DNA of 64,000 bases from Macrostomum lignano (Eukaryota), in NCBI GenBank assembly GCA_002269645.1, contig NIVC01002472.1, positions 62,001 through 126,000 of the forward strand, read 5' to 3'. How positions within the stretch are numbered: position 1 is the first letter of the stretch; each line of letters begins with the position of its first letter. Below the pieces are notes generated by a model. The model did not search any database and was not told the DNA's origin. It worked only from the letters and a program-made list of their open reading frames with translations. The translations under genes and the position numbers were made by a program. Positions 36,777-49,005 of this stretch are shown here, piece after piece.

Positions 36777-37802
36777 TTAGTAACGAGTGTGCCCTCCGCG
36801 AGCACGCAGCAAGGTAGAAATTCTTCGCGGCATCCCCAGAATAAGGCGCCGCAAACATTCTTGAGGAAGACTCTGCCAGGCATCTGTAATGGCTTGGCGC
36901 AGTTGCATGACATTTTGTGGCGGATTCTCCCGCTGAATTTTGCGCTTCAGAAAGTCCCACACATGTTCGATCGGGTTCATATCCGGGGACCGGGAAGGCC
37001 AGCGAAGCGTGCGTAGCTGCAGCTGCTCCTTCAGTTGTGTCACAGCGGCAGCTCGATGTGGCGGCGCATTGTCATCCTGAAGGGTGCAGTTTGCAACGCC
37101 TCCAAAGGCTGCGTTGGCAAAGGGCAAAAAATGAGTCTGCAGAAGATGAGCGTAGGAATCGGCGTTTACATTTGTGTCCAGAAAGACAATTTCCGTCCTC
37201 GAGTGTAATGAGATTCCAGCCCAGATATGGATAGACGCTGACTGACTGTCTGCACATTGCACATGCTTCTGCACCATCTCCTGTCGTGGTTCTCGCCACA
37301 CACGAGTGCGACCATCAACTCGGAAAAGGCGAAACCGGCTCTCATCGGTGTATACGACACGCCGCCACTGCTGCTGCCTCCAGTGAATGCGCTGCATAGC
37401 CCACTGCTCACGACAGGCAAAATGAGCAGGACTTAGCCGCGGTCGCCTGCGCATCTTTCGGGAGTGCAGCCCAGCTTCTCGGAGACGCCGTCGGATGGTC
37501 TGAGCACTCAGGATTTTTCCTCGCCTGCTTCTCTCGCCCCACATCAGACGGCCGGAGCAGAGTGGCTGGGAGAGTTGAGAGTCCTCTGACAGTTCGCAGC
37601 AGTCGTCGATCCGCCCAGCAGTTGTGCTGCGAGAACGGCCACGCTGGCCTCGACTTGCGTGAGCCACACTGCCTGTCTCTCTCGACTTAATCAGCAACTT
37701 CTGGATGGTCTTTTGGTTTGGGCCGAACTGGCGAGCCACTGCTCTAATAGACATCCTGGCTTCGATCATGCCTACAGCCCGCCATCGCTCAGCATCTGTC
37801 AT
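36777..37802 (-). CDS. Tc1 DD34E transposase, intact ORF (341 aa)
   Basis: YTDESRF, QDDNAPPH, then 34 residues to the E of NPIEHVW; N-terminal HTH-type region. Confidence 0.93.
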   Translation of the reverse strand: MTDAERWRAVGMIEARMSIRAVARQFGPNQKTIQKLLIKSRETGSVAHASRGQRGRSRSTTAGRIDDCCELSEDSQLSQPLCSGRLMWGERSRRGKILSAQTIRRRLREAGLHSRKMRRRPRLSPAHFACREQWAMQRIHWRQQQWRRVVYTDESRFRLFRVDGRTRVWREPRQEMVQKHVQCADSQSASIHIWAGISLHSRTEIVFLDTNVNADSYAHLLQTHFLPFANAAFGGVANCTLQDDNAPPHRAAAVTQLKEQLQLRTLRWPSRSPDMNPIEHVWDFLKRKIQRENPPQNVMQLRQAITDAWQSLPQECLRRLILGMPRRISTLLRARGGHTRY

Positions 37803-38206
37803 CTGCCGGACCACTTTGACGTACAGCAGGAAACGAAGTGCGCACATGAAAACTGAGTTGGAGATTTAACTCGCCCGTTACTCCAACCTCTATTTATTAC
37901 ACAGCTCAAATCCATTGTATGTCTATCTATTGTATTACATGTATATGCCCCCGCGGTGTAGAGAATGAGTTGCGCAACTTGCAAGTGAGATCCGAGAGAA
38001 ATCGCTCGGCGCAAAGGGTGGCAACTTTTCAATATTGCTATGTATGCTTATATTTAGCAATTTAGACAAAAACCGGTTGATAAAAGTCAGAAAATGTATA
38101 CAAATTAACAGTTGATTGCACAGTCCGGCGGAGCGCTCACAGAGTTGCAATGAGTGGGAGAGATGGAGAGAGAGAGAGAGAGAGAGAGATGAGAACAAGT
38201 GTACAC

Positions 38207-38790
38207 CTAGAATACTCTAAGGAGGGAACTGGCGCCAAGATTGGCAAGCTGCTTATTTAGAATTGGTTTACGCGATTTTATGTACAGGGCCTCACACACT
38301 TTCAGTCTGTACTCATTTGAGCACGTATGGATGGTGGAAAATTTTTTATCAATTTGGCTGTCACAGCATTCTTTGCATATCATCAGGTGGTCGTGCACAG
38401 CCGACATCTTTTGCCTATGTTCTCTACTTCTCACATACAGGTGTCGGGTAGTTTCACCTATGTAGGTGATACTCATGGTCGCCAAAGCATTGAAATTGGT
38501 AAATGACACCTGCCCGTAAGGAGCTGGGAACGCGGCATTTCAAATTCTTAACAAATTGACCGATTTTCTCGCAACAGAAAGTGACCACGATTTTCACATT
38601 TAAATACTTTATTAACGCTCTGATAAGGTTCTTTTTAAAATGAACAGAAGCAGATCCATAGAAAGGAATGGAGGTATGGGTGCAATCTGTCATCAGCTCT
38701 TTCTGTTCTTCCTTATTCTGCTTACTGTTCGGATTCCCGACTTTACCATTAATAAAATGCCAGCATCGAGAAGGTGATGAACGAACTAGA
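38207..38790 (-). mobile_element. Penelope-like retroelement remnant (RT thumb plus GIY-YIG endonuclease)
   Basis: Frameshifted GVIYQFQC..., YIGETTRHL..R..EH and EALYIK..KP.LNKQ. Confidence 0.85.
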
Positions 38791-39395
38791 ATATTCCAAA
38801 TCGCAAAAATGGACTAGAAGTAAAAAAAATTCTCAGAAGTGTTGCGGGAAACACTGGAGCGACCGCCTTCGACGAATTCGACCCAGAACAGTGCTGAGGC
38901 AATTCTGCCCATTCGACTTGCGCACACACAAGCGCGACAATACTGCACGCAAGAACACACTCATACAAAAGCTTAGACAGGGTGTACATCGCGCCTGGCA
39001 TGTACAAATTCTGTGCGAATATGACCAGGTGGGTCGTGGCGTGAGAGTCAGACAGTGGTCACCATTGAGCTGCTCTGTCACCCTCCCCCTTAAAAGAAGT
39101 TACTTGATCCATGTACGAAACTAGAGAGGAAAGTGAGAGGTGAGAGAAATTTTGGGATAAAAATATAATGAAATTTTACTTTTAAAAGGAAAAGCTTCCT
39201 CGCTCATGATTGGCCCGGGAAACGTTGCCAGTTCAAATTCTTTCAGATCCTAAAGCTGGCCCATTTTTGAAAATAATATAAATTGGGACTGAAATAAAAA
39301 ACTGTGATTTAAATTTTCGATGTCTATAGACTCATGACAGGCATTTTAAAAAATTTGAGCTATTTTTCAGCAACAAGCAGCATTTCACCGTAAAA

Positions 39396-40792
39396 ATGGA
39401 TATCGTTGGGATATCGCCACAGTTTAACTACACGCTGCAGAGTCTTCTGTACGTCGTGCCAGGTAAGATATATTTTACAAAAAACAAGCCAGACTAAAAA
39501 CCGTGCAATTGCTTGTGTCTAGAAAGAAGCTTGCATTCGAACCCAATACCACAGAGATTACATTTCCTGGTTTGTTCCTTCTGACATTCGGTTCAACGGT
39601 GGGGACCATCGGCAATATCCTGGTTATCTGCGCCGTGTTCCTCCAAAAGGTGAGCAAGCAAATGGGCAGCACACGTACTCAAGTCAAGAGTGTAAAAATG
39701 AAAAATTATTTGTATGCATTTTCAGACTCTGCGCCACGTGGGCAACTTGTTCGTCGTGAACTTGGCCATCGCCGATCTGTGCATTACGATATTCGTTGAC
39801 CCGTTCGCCATCACTGGTAAGTCACTGCACTGCCTTCACAGACGTTGACTTCAACTACACAGACTATCCAAATCAAAAACGCAATTCCAGGCGTAATGCA
39901 CGGCGAGATCTACTTCGAGCAGCGAGTTGCTCTGTGCGAGTTCGTGGCGTCGACCTGCCTCACCTCCTGCTACTGCTCGCTGCTCAGCATCGCCGCTGTA
40001 GCCGTCAACCGCTGCGTCTTCATCTGCAACAACGCCAGCTACAACAGATTCTTCAACCGGCGCAGCTGCGTAGCGCTCTGCGTCTGTCTGTGGATTGTGA
40101 GCTGGCTGCTGCAGTTTCCCAACTTTGTGGGCTGGGGCGACTTCGCCTACGACAGGAAGAACTTTGCCTGCGTGTGGAACCGCATGGCTGACAGGTCCTA
40201 CACGATCTTCTTCTCCTGCTGCGCTGTAGTTGCGCCCAGCATTGTGATCCTCATCTGCTACTTTCGCATCTTCGTGCACGTCAGGCAGGCGATGGCTCGG
40301 GTGCGCCATCTGCAGCTGGGAAATGCCAGAGATGCGCAGGGCGGAGCTTCGAACAGCGGAAACGACCGACCTGGTGGCAGCCTAGACTCGATCCGCTTAG
40401 CCCGCACTCTGTTCATCGTGTTCGCCGTGTTCGCTCTCTGTTGGGCTCCGTACGCGGCTTTCGTGGCTCTGGACTGGGACGACAGCTTCCCGATCCACGT
40501 GCACGCTTATGCGATCTTATTTGCCCACTCCAACTCGAGCGTCAACTTCATCGTCTACGGTCTCAGCAACAAGGAGTTCCGCTCCGGCTACCGCATTGCC
40601 TGCGGCAGGCTGCTGCGCCTCATCTGTGGCAGCCGGTGCAAACTGCAGGGCAGCATCGGAGCCAGCACCTTCGTCAGCCAGAAGGGCACAAACCGCAGCG
40701 TCGTTATGAACAATCTCCCTAGTAAGACGACTGCTACGAACAACCGAGGGGGCATGGAGGATGGCAACGAAGCGCGCAGCAAAGACATGTAG
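39396..40792 (+). CDS. Melatonin-receptor-like class A GPCR, paralogue 3 (384 aa, intact)
   Basis: Exons 39396-39462, 39555-39649, 39726-39816 and 39891-40792; same motifs and exon sizes as the other paralogues. Confidence 0.92.
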
Positions 40793-42582
40793 ATTTTGGC
40801 TTTTTTCTCTGACAGTTTTAAATCTAATCATCTTTAAAGAATCGTGACGGATGCCACTAACTGGCAGAATGTGATATAGATTGCAATGGATGTCAAGACG
40901 ATTTTTTCCTTGATTAAATCTGATTTACCAGACAGAAATCTTTATTAATCGGTTTACATTTAAGAGAAATTAAATGTCTAATCAAAAATGACACTTTGTT
41001 ATCGAGGATCGAATGATGCACAGACACGAAAACGTATCTTCATTTGTCAAATTTAAACTGTCATATTCCACACGGCACTTATGTTTTCAGCAGTCTTTTT
41101 ACCGACATTCCCATACAACCGGAATTAATAGTTATTTTTTCCTCCTCATTTGCTTTTTAAATTATGGTGGAAATAATTGTTGTAACGGCACAAAACTTTT
41201 CGTACTTAATTTTTTCTAAGCAAAAATTTACACAGCACGTACTTGTGTTTTGTTTGTTGTTTCGTAAACTCTCATAAGATTTTTCAATTTTTTAAATGAA
41301 AGCATACAAGTCAAATTATAGTAGAGAAATGAAGTCTGATAAATCTGCTAAGGAAGTTTGCATGGCTGATCGACTGCAGCTGCAGAATCGTGTTTAAAGC
41401 TGAGCTATCATTGCCGGTCAAGAGCTTCATAATTCATGCTATTTTTTTCCCTTGAAAATTACTCTTGATATGCAGTCTTAACGAAATCACCTTCGAAGAA
41501 CCAGCACTTTTTCTAATTAGTGTTGTGCGTGGCAGCAGATTTTCTATTAGTAAGTACTTTTTTTGGCTATTGTAACATTTTAGTAACCCGATGCTTAATG
41601 CCAGGTATAGCTACAGTTGAATTTTATCAATTTGTTATCGATCACTGTATTTGTATTTATAGCTTTCCTTTTTAGCACGCAAGTTGCTAAGTCTACGTGT
41701 TAGAACCGGTCCTCCATTCCACGACCGAATCAAATACTCTTAATCAAGCTAACGCGATAAATTTTCCTTTCCTTTCCTTTTCCGCGATAAATTTTTTTTT
41801 CAATAAATATTCAATTTACTAAATTTAAACTAAGCACACAATAATAATTCATTATTGCGAAGCTAAAGTAGCTACTTTATTATTACACCTGAGATATACA
41901 CACTGCTTTAAGGAGTTTCAGGAATTTCACACGGCAATGATAGTTCATGAACTCTAAATACATAAAAGAAAATACTTAGCCACTACAAATAAATCTATTG
42001 GAGAAATACACGTAGATTTAACTCGTTCGTTTTGGAAATATCAATACAAATCATAAATAAACACTTCACATATTGAATCTTTAGCAAGGATTTCAAAGCT
42101 TCAACGAAATAAAGATATTAGCTAACTAAATATCTTTATAGGGAGGGGCCTTAAATACTATTGAATTAAGTCTAATACGTTACGTTTAACTACTCCTGAA
42201 TAGAAAATAGACATTATATTGCTTTAAAGAAAGGTTAAAACACGAGGCTGCTCTTTTCGAGGCTAAAAATGTTATGGCAAAACGAAAATTTTAAACAACT
42301 TCAATTGCAAAGCTTTATTTTAACTATAACAAAAATATAATTCACACAATAGTTCTAACATAAAAACTTTTGAAATTTATAAATCAGTTAGGCCCGACAG
42401 CATGCGGACTTCAATGCAAGTCATCGACAGTTGAGACAAGAACGCCAATATTGATATGCAAAGCACACATTAGGATGTTGAAACTCTAGTTCGATAACAA
42501 GGCTTGCCTGGACACTTTAAAATACTATAAAACCAATACGACTAATCTTTTTGTGGTCTAAAACTCAACCCACTCTACATTG

Positions 42583-42912
42583 TAAGCTCACTCCATTCAC
42601 AAGCTCACTCCGTTCACAAGCTCACTCCGTTCACAAGCTCACTCCGTTCACAAGCTCACTCCGTTCACAAGCTCACTCCGTTCACAAGCTCACTCCGTTC
42701 ACAAGCTCACTCCATTTACAAGCTCACTCCATTCACAAGCTCACTTCATTTACAAGCTCACTGCATTCACAAGCTCACTCCATTTACAAGCTCACTCCAT
42801 TCACAAGCTCACTTCATTTACAAGCTCACTGCATTCACAAGCTCACTCCATTTACAAGCTCACTCCGTTCATAAGCTCACTCCGTTCACAAGCTCACTCC
42901 ATTCACAAGCTC
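42583..42912. repeat. 17-bp minisatellite (ACAAGCTCACTCCGTTC), about 19 units
   Basis: Direct tandem units beginning about 45 nt downstream of the TACO1 stop codon. Confidence 0.95.
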
Positions 42913-42954
42913 CTTCGATTCACCAGGTCATTCCAACTATTCACGCAGCGGATC

Positions 42955-45500
42955 TCAGGTGGCGCCAACCGGGGCCACATTGTCAAACAATTCAACAAAG
43001 CCACCAACAGAGTCGCGCAGTCGGTCAGCCAATTCGTTCAAAAGCTTCATTGTTTGCTCGTCAATTTCCACCCGTTCGAACGGCTCGTAACGCACTGACG
43101 CGTCCAAGACGGACAAGCCGGCAGAGCGAAGCCCGTCAGCGACCGAGTTGATGGCGACCGGGGCGCAGTCGAACACGAAGGCGCCGCTGCCACCTTCAAC
43201 GCTGTCGCCAGCAGATTCAAAGCGCACATCGGTGCAGTCGAATTCCAGCGCGAGTTCAGTGGCCCGGTCCAGATTGGGCAGCCGCTCCGGATCGTGGGCC
43301 ACCTCTACGCAGCCTTTCTTTTCATAGAAGTTCTTACTGATGGACGAATCAATGCCGGCTACCTCCAGGCCGATTCGTTTCACCTGGCTGGCCACCTGGG
43401 GTGAAATTAACAAATAGTTCGAAGCATTTTTAATTACATTTTCCAGCACCAAGGCTGCAAAAGTCAATAAAGTTCCAGAGGGTGGGAGATCTGATCGGTG
43501 TTTTGCAATCGTACCCTTTTCTCTCGTACATTACCCCAACCCTTCTAGCCAACCCCAACCCTCCAGTTTTCTCTAACCCGCGTATGCTGATCACGCCACC
43601 TCACACCAGTCCCTAGCGTTCCGTACATTGGCATTTCAATTAATTATTCGTGTTGCCCAACTGATAAATATAAATATAATGAAGCTGTTGTCCAGTTGGC
43701 ATACGCTCTCTCTCTTTTTCCTACCGTTTCAACTTGACTTCCCGGCACCATCTGATCAGTTTCAGACAATGGAGAACTAAAGCAGAAGACCCCTTAAACT
43801 CGCAGTTCGTGTGATCGTTATGGGAAGTTGTTTTGGCTGCACAATTGCACTAGAAATGCGGAGTTCTAAGTACTAAATTGACAATATTCCGCTTTTGAAC
43901 TTCTAAAAGGCACAATACAGTTGTAAAATCACAATATCATTTTTAATATAATAACTCCATGAGGTGCCAGTTTGAGAAAAATTTAAGCAGAAAATTGAGT
44001 CAAGTTACCACTGTATCAGGCCTGTACTCATGAAAAGAGGATGTGAACTTGAGAGTCGAAACGGAGCCCGAAACAAGCATTTCGTATCGCTCGATTGATA
44101 TTCATAAAGCTTTTATTTGTTTTGAAAATTAGCATTCTATGTTAATTTTAATATCCAAAGCTATAGAGCCATAAAAAAGCTATAAGATCATTTAACACGT
44201 GCCTTCGACCCTCCATTCTAGATCAGAAAAAAATAATTTTCTTAGGCAGTTCAGCCTTTAAAACGTCAAGGATCTTCTTTTAGATTGACGATTGTTTGAG
44301 ATTCTGATAGAAATCTCAAGACAGCAATGGGAGGCTTTAAGGAGCGATTTAGATTTCAAATACAATCTCAGCCAAGGTTGCGAATCCCAAGGCACATTGG
44401 CACTCTAATATCTAAGGACTGCCTTTGATCTGCGGCATGCCGATATCCCTTGAGAGCACAGGAATATCGTAAAGAAATATCTACATGGAAACTCTTATTA
44501 CAAGCTAGCACCGAGAAGTATTTGCCTTTAATCTGTCTTTAATTAGAGTAAAGAATCAAAGAGTGAGACTGATAATCTCCTTTTTCGAATGCTGGCAAAA
44601 GTTAAAAGCCAGAAATATCAATTAGAGAGAGAGAGACAGAGAGAACGGCCTGATCTTTAATTATGACGTCCATAGCTGATCAAACAGACGGGCTAACCTC
44701 ATGCTTGCACTTAGTTCGGTGCGGACTATTAGACACCACCAAGAGGCAGATGCCACCGCGGCCCCGAACCTCAACAGCATAGGACTCAGCCGCTTCAACC
44801 GACTTTGCCGCCAGCATTCGCTCCAAAGTTTTCAGCGGCACATTATCCGATTTGGCTTTGTCAAACACTGCTTTCAGGTGAACATTAGTCTGAACATTTG
44901 TACTGCCATTTCCGTTAATAACCGCTTGGCGCAGCATTCTTGTGTACAGAGACATCAAAGTCCGTTTCTGGGCCATTCCGGCCTCTTTGTCGCCGCGGAC
45001 ATTCTGCCAGCGGGAGTGGCCCGCTAGCCGGCGGCTCAGCAGCAACGGCGCAGAGGCTGCCGACGCGGTCCAAGTCTTGCCAACAGAGGGCACCACAAAG
45101 GCGCCAAGAGGACTAAACAATGCCCGGAAGATTAGACGAGACTGCAAATCAATTGAAACATTCGTTATTAGGATTTAAGTGACGAATGTTAAGCGGTAGT
45201 GACAAGATAAGTTTCCCTTTCAGTTAACATGTTAGCACGTATTAGGACCTACTTTTGCAAAGGTCTTCCATCAATAATACTAACGAAAAAGCACGAACCT
45301 ACAGTTAAATTATGACCCTTTCTATTCAACTTAAGCAAACTATTGAAAAACAAAAAGCACGTATCAATAAAAAGTATCCGAATTTTCATTAGTAGCATTT
45401 TGACGCTTACAAGGAGGACAAGCGATATTTCTTACAAAGAACCCAGTTTTCTTTAATAAAATCAATTATAAATTCAAGTAATACTTACTTCCCAGGACAT
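42955..45500 (-). CDS. TACO1: Translational activator of cytochrome c oxidase 1 / YebC-PmpR family protein (about 298 aa)
   Basis: Exons 45500-45489 (MSWE, donor GTAAGT; inferred), 45141-44698 and 43395-42955. It has an Arg/Ser/Ala-rich transit-peptide-like N-terminus, then AGHSRWQNV, E.RGRGG and YEKKG.V.V. Confidence 0.88.
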
Positions 45501-46083
45501 AATGATCAAGGATCTGCTCATAAGTTAAATTCTACTCTAAATAAGGTTTTAAAGATGCTAGTCTCGGCAGAAATACACTCTTTTCGAAGAATAGATAATA
45601 TAAAGAATGAAAAAAATAGTCACAAACAGAGAAAGAAAACAGAACAAGAAAATTAGCAAGAAGCTTTGATCAATGCAGCCTCCTTATTTGAAAATTAAGG
45701 TGCAATTTTTATCTGAAGCTCCAGTCTGGGAGCTGAACACACTGTGTGAGCGTGTGTATGGTTGTGTGCCTGCGCGCCTGCGGAATAGGCAGAATAGCCT
45801 CAGCTCTGGTTGTAGTCGCTCGTAAAACGATATATTTTAATTAACGTAGTTTACAAACACTTGAACTAGACACAGATATGGCATTTACTGTATTCAAGAA
45901 AGTTAATTATCATATCCGTAGTCTGGTGATAAATGTTTAACTTTTATTTTGAACATTGACTTGCGCAGGTGCTCAGCGTGCTCAAAATTAAAATGAGTAC
46001 TTAAATCGTGGCTTATTAGAGAATATTTAACGGACAGAAAAACAGCATGGTAAATCAAATTTGTCAAGCAGCAGAGGGAGCAG

Positions 46084-46866
46084 TTACGACTTCACAACCG
46101 TGCGAAGATTTCCGCTATTGTCTTTGCTGCTTCTATCGACCTCTGAAGACGCTCCAGAAGACGAACAACTCGAACAGCTGCTCGAGCCAGAAGAGGAAGA
46201 AGTCTCAGTTGAAGCTGACGACGAATAAGGAGACGAAGAAGTGCAGGAATAAGACTTCGATGAGCTCGAGAGCGAGCCTGATGATTCCGATGCAGAGCCG
46301 GGCTCTGCAGAGAAGGGTTTAACAGCAACAACAGCGCCGTTATTAACAGTCTCTTGCTGATGCTGGTACACTGGTTCAAGACGAGGCGGTTGAAATCTGC
46401 AATTCGGCCGCTTATGCTGTTGCTGAAGCCCGGGTGCACAGTCGGACAACTGCGGCTCGCCAGCTTCGTCAGTGAGGATGGCATCTCGATCATTCTGACG
46501 GACACTTCCGCAGCTGCCAGCCGTGCTAGCGCCGATTAATGAACGCCTTCGACAGGTGCACCGGCAGCGGCAGAGCAGGCTTAGCCAGAGACAGACAGCT
46601 AGACAAGCAACTAAAGCGCCAGTTGCCATGGTTACTAAGCCAGCAATAGAACTAGCCGACAGCGAGAACCTGCCGCCAACAATTAGAAGAATGGCGGCAA
46701 TTAGAGCTAAGGAGACGGCTATGCCAGTCAGGCTCAGAAACAGCCGAGCCGGAGTGGAGCAGAAGGAGGGGCAGCGGCAGCAGCGCGGCTGCCGGCCAAG
46801 CCAGCTGGAGAGCGGGTCAGCGTTGCTCGCAACTGTTGGATGTTGAGTAAGTGCAGTTGAAAGCAA
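46084..46866 (-). CDS. Orphan ORF with two hydrophobic segments, Cys-Arg clusters and a Ser-rich tail; the true start is probably in an upstream exon
   Basis: 260-codon GC-rich frame with TM-like LFLSLTGIAVSLALIAAILLIVG and IAGLVTMATGALVACLAVCLWLSLL. There is no in-frame ATG before these segments. Confidence 0.55.
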   Translation of the reverse strand: MLSTALTQHPTVASNADPLSSWLGRQPRCCRCPSFCSTPARLFLSLTGIAVSLALIAAILLIVGGRFSLSASSIAGLVTMATGALVACLAVCLWLSLLCRCRCTCRRRSLIGASTAGSCGSVRQNDRDAILTDEAGEPQLSDCAPGLQQQHKRPNCRFQPPRLEPVYQHQQETVNNGAVVAVKPFSAEPGSASESSGSLSSSSKSYSCTSSSPYSSSASTETSSSSGSSSCSSCSSSGASSEVDRSSKDNSGNLRTVVKS

Positions 46867-48169
46867 TACTACCGAAGTCTATTAAGCAAATATCACAATA
46901 AAAACGAGGCTACTATGATAAAGAGCTTGCATTTCAAAGTCGTTTTTTGTGGGAGGCTTCATAAGAAATTTTACAACGCTACTACTGCATGGTCTTCTCG
47001 TTATATTAAGTAGTCTAGGATGTGAAAGGCGTGTCAACTAAAGCTCATAAGGTGGAGTCCCTAATTATCCCTTGGCTTGTTCTCCCCGTTCTCAAGTCCA
47101 ATTTTAGTCGCTTTTTTGCCAAACCCAGCTTCCTGGTGTCACTATGAGCAGAATGGCGTATCTTTTGTGTACATAGGTTTCTCGGGCTCCATTTTATGAG
47201 CATAAAGTTCATCTAGCTTGTTAGAAAGACTGTATAAATTCATCTGGTAGGTAAACGTTTTGACTCAATGGGGTTGTAGATCTTAATCTTTACTAAGATG
47301 CTTTTAGCAGAAACCTAACTAGACCAGGCAACTCACCCTCTCTGCAGTCAGGCACTTCGTGATAAATGCGCGGGCCAAAGTATTGAGGCGGCTTTGGCTT
47401 CTCAGTTGTTGATGAAGGCTTAGTCTGAGCCATTTTGTTTAACAATTTGGCAATCCTGTCAACTAAAATCTGAGTTTTGCCGAATTTTCTCTGCCTGCTC
47501 TGATCAAAGGTGGCTCAGAGGTCAGGATGCTACTAAGAATGCTCGCTCAAAAATATAGTGTCCGGTGGAAGAGATAGAGACCAACCAGACACTAATAAAA
47601 TACTAGAGTAGGTATGAGGATTAGGAATGAATTTTTAATGACATGTTTCCATGACATCAAAGACCTAACTGAACAAGAACAACATTAATTATTCAGCAAC
47701 TGACAACAGGGTTGGCAATCACTGCCAAGGAATAATTAGCATCAAGCAGAAGGAACAGACGTGGAGAATTTTTTATGGAATAGAATAATGCTATAAAACA
47801 TTACCTAAGCGAGTGCCATACAATTTTTTGCATCAGCTTCTACTGCTATAAGTAGCAATATCAGCCAGTGAACTAATAAAAACTGGTGAAAAACCAAAAG
47901 AATAACACCAGATGTAAGAAAAACTGCAAGATGTCAATATTAATTGACTAGGGATTTCAATGCCAGATTCCAAGATTTATTGGGATTCAAAATTCTGGGA
48001 TAACAAGCTTTTGGGATCTGGAATCCAAGGATTATGCTTCTCTAGAGTTGCTCTACAACCAAAATTTTCCTATATCCATCTGTACTCAAATTTAAATTTT
48101 CCCATAACTTTTAATGGTGTTAAATCCAGTGGCAATAGTTCTTCCAGCATTTAACATAATACAGTTAGG

Positions 48170-48420
48170 AAATAAAGAATGACATCTAACTCATAACTTA
48201 AAGGTTGGGGTTTCAATTCCCAAGCCCACTGCAATAATTTGTGTCTTTGAGCAAGACACTCAACTCTGCATTGCTTCAGTTCACACAGCTGTAAAATGGG
48301 TGCTAGTAAAATGGGTGCTAGTAAAATGGGTGCTAGTAAAATGGGTGCTAGTATCTAGTCCTTGGACTGAACAGTATTACGCAGCCTTCAGATGCATTGT
48401 GAAATAGCTGTAGCTGAGCT
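48170..48420 (+). mobile_element. SINE family A copy with an internal 15-bp unit repeated four times
   Basis: B-box-like GGTTTCAATTCCC, central TTGAGCAAGACACT..CTCTGCATTGCTTCAGTTCA..CAGCTGTAAAATGGG, and (GTAAAATGGGTGCTA)x4 at 48291-48350. Confidence 0.8.
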
Positions 48421-48643
48421 GCCAGTTAATAATAATTATTTTTATTATAAAATTATAACAACAGTTTAACCTGACTCATTAACAATATCTTTGCATTTGT
48501 AGTGACTGGCTGCTAGGCTAGCTGGTTATTCAGCAGCATTCACTAGCTTTCCCTAAGAGTGCTGTGATCCGCTGCATAGTAGCTCAGTCCACCTGATCTA
48601 GTGAGAGAGATACCCTGTGCTGGGCCTAAGTGTTTACTGCCTG

Positions 48644-49005
48644 ATGACTCATCGCCAGAGCAGGCGCGGGCAGCCACACTTAATGTCTTCCCACTCGCGC
48701 TGAGGAGGCGTAGCAGAATGACTCATCACCTGCGCGGAGTGTAATGGCTGCCTAGAGGGAGTAAACAAGATGACTCATCTGCCCATGTTCTATTTTTAGC
48801 ATAGAAAAGCACGTGACTGTGCACGCACACTGTGCGTGGCCACTGACCTTGAGTCACGCCACTGCTGCGTGACAGGGTTGCCTTATTTGGATGTTGGCCT
48901 TGAATCACGCGTCGCTTGCATGATTTTTGTGACCAAATAAGGAAGTTTCACGCGCTCACCGTATGAAACTCACGTGACTTTTGGGGGTCCACTCGGCTAT
49001 AAATA
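48644..49005 (+). promoter_or_regulatory. Cluster of AP-1 and E-box motifs ending in a TATA box
   Basis: ATGACTCATC three times (TGACTCA cores at 48645, 48719, 48771), TGAGTCA at 48850, CACGTGAC at 48810 and 48971, and TATAAATA at 48998. Confidence 0.55.

Larger units (their letters stand above)
29984..38044 (-). mobile_element. Tc1 element (about 1.5 kb when insertions are removed) interrupted in its 3' UTR by 6.5 kb of nested elements
   Basis: Imperfect inverted repeats of about 100 bp at 29984-30085 and about 37935-38044 (GCCACCCTT.G.GCCGAGC.ATTTCTC..CACTTGCAAGTTGCGCAACTCA), with TA at 29982-83. The transposase ORF is 37802-36777. Confidence 0.75.

Noticed and set aside
38800-39090. Possible L1/Tx1 endonuclease remnant (SLDRVYI...SDSGHH)
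   Set aside because: The motif match is weak and interrupted by stops, too thin to call.
43900-44262. Possible Kolobok-type MITE (…GGCAGTTCAGCCTTTAA)
   Set aside because: Only one convincing TTAA-flanked end was found.
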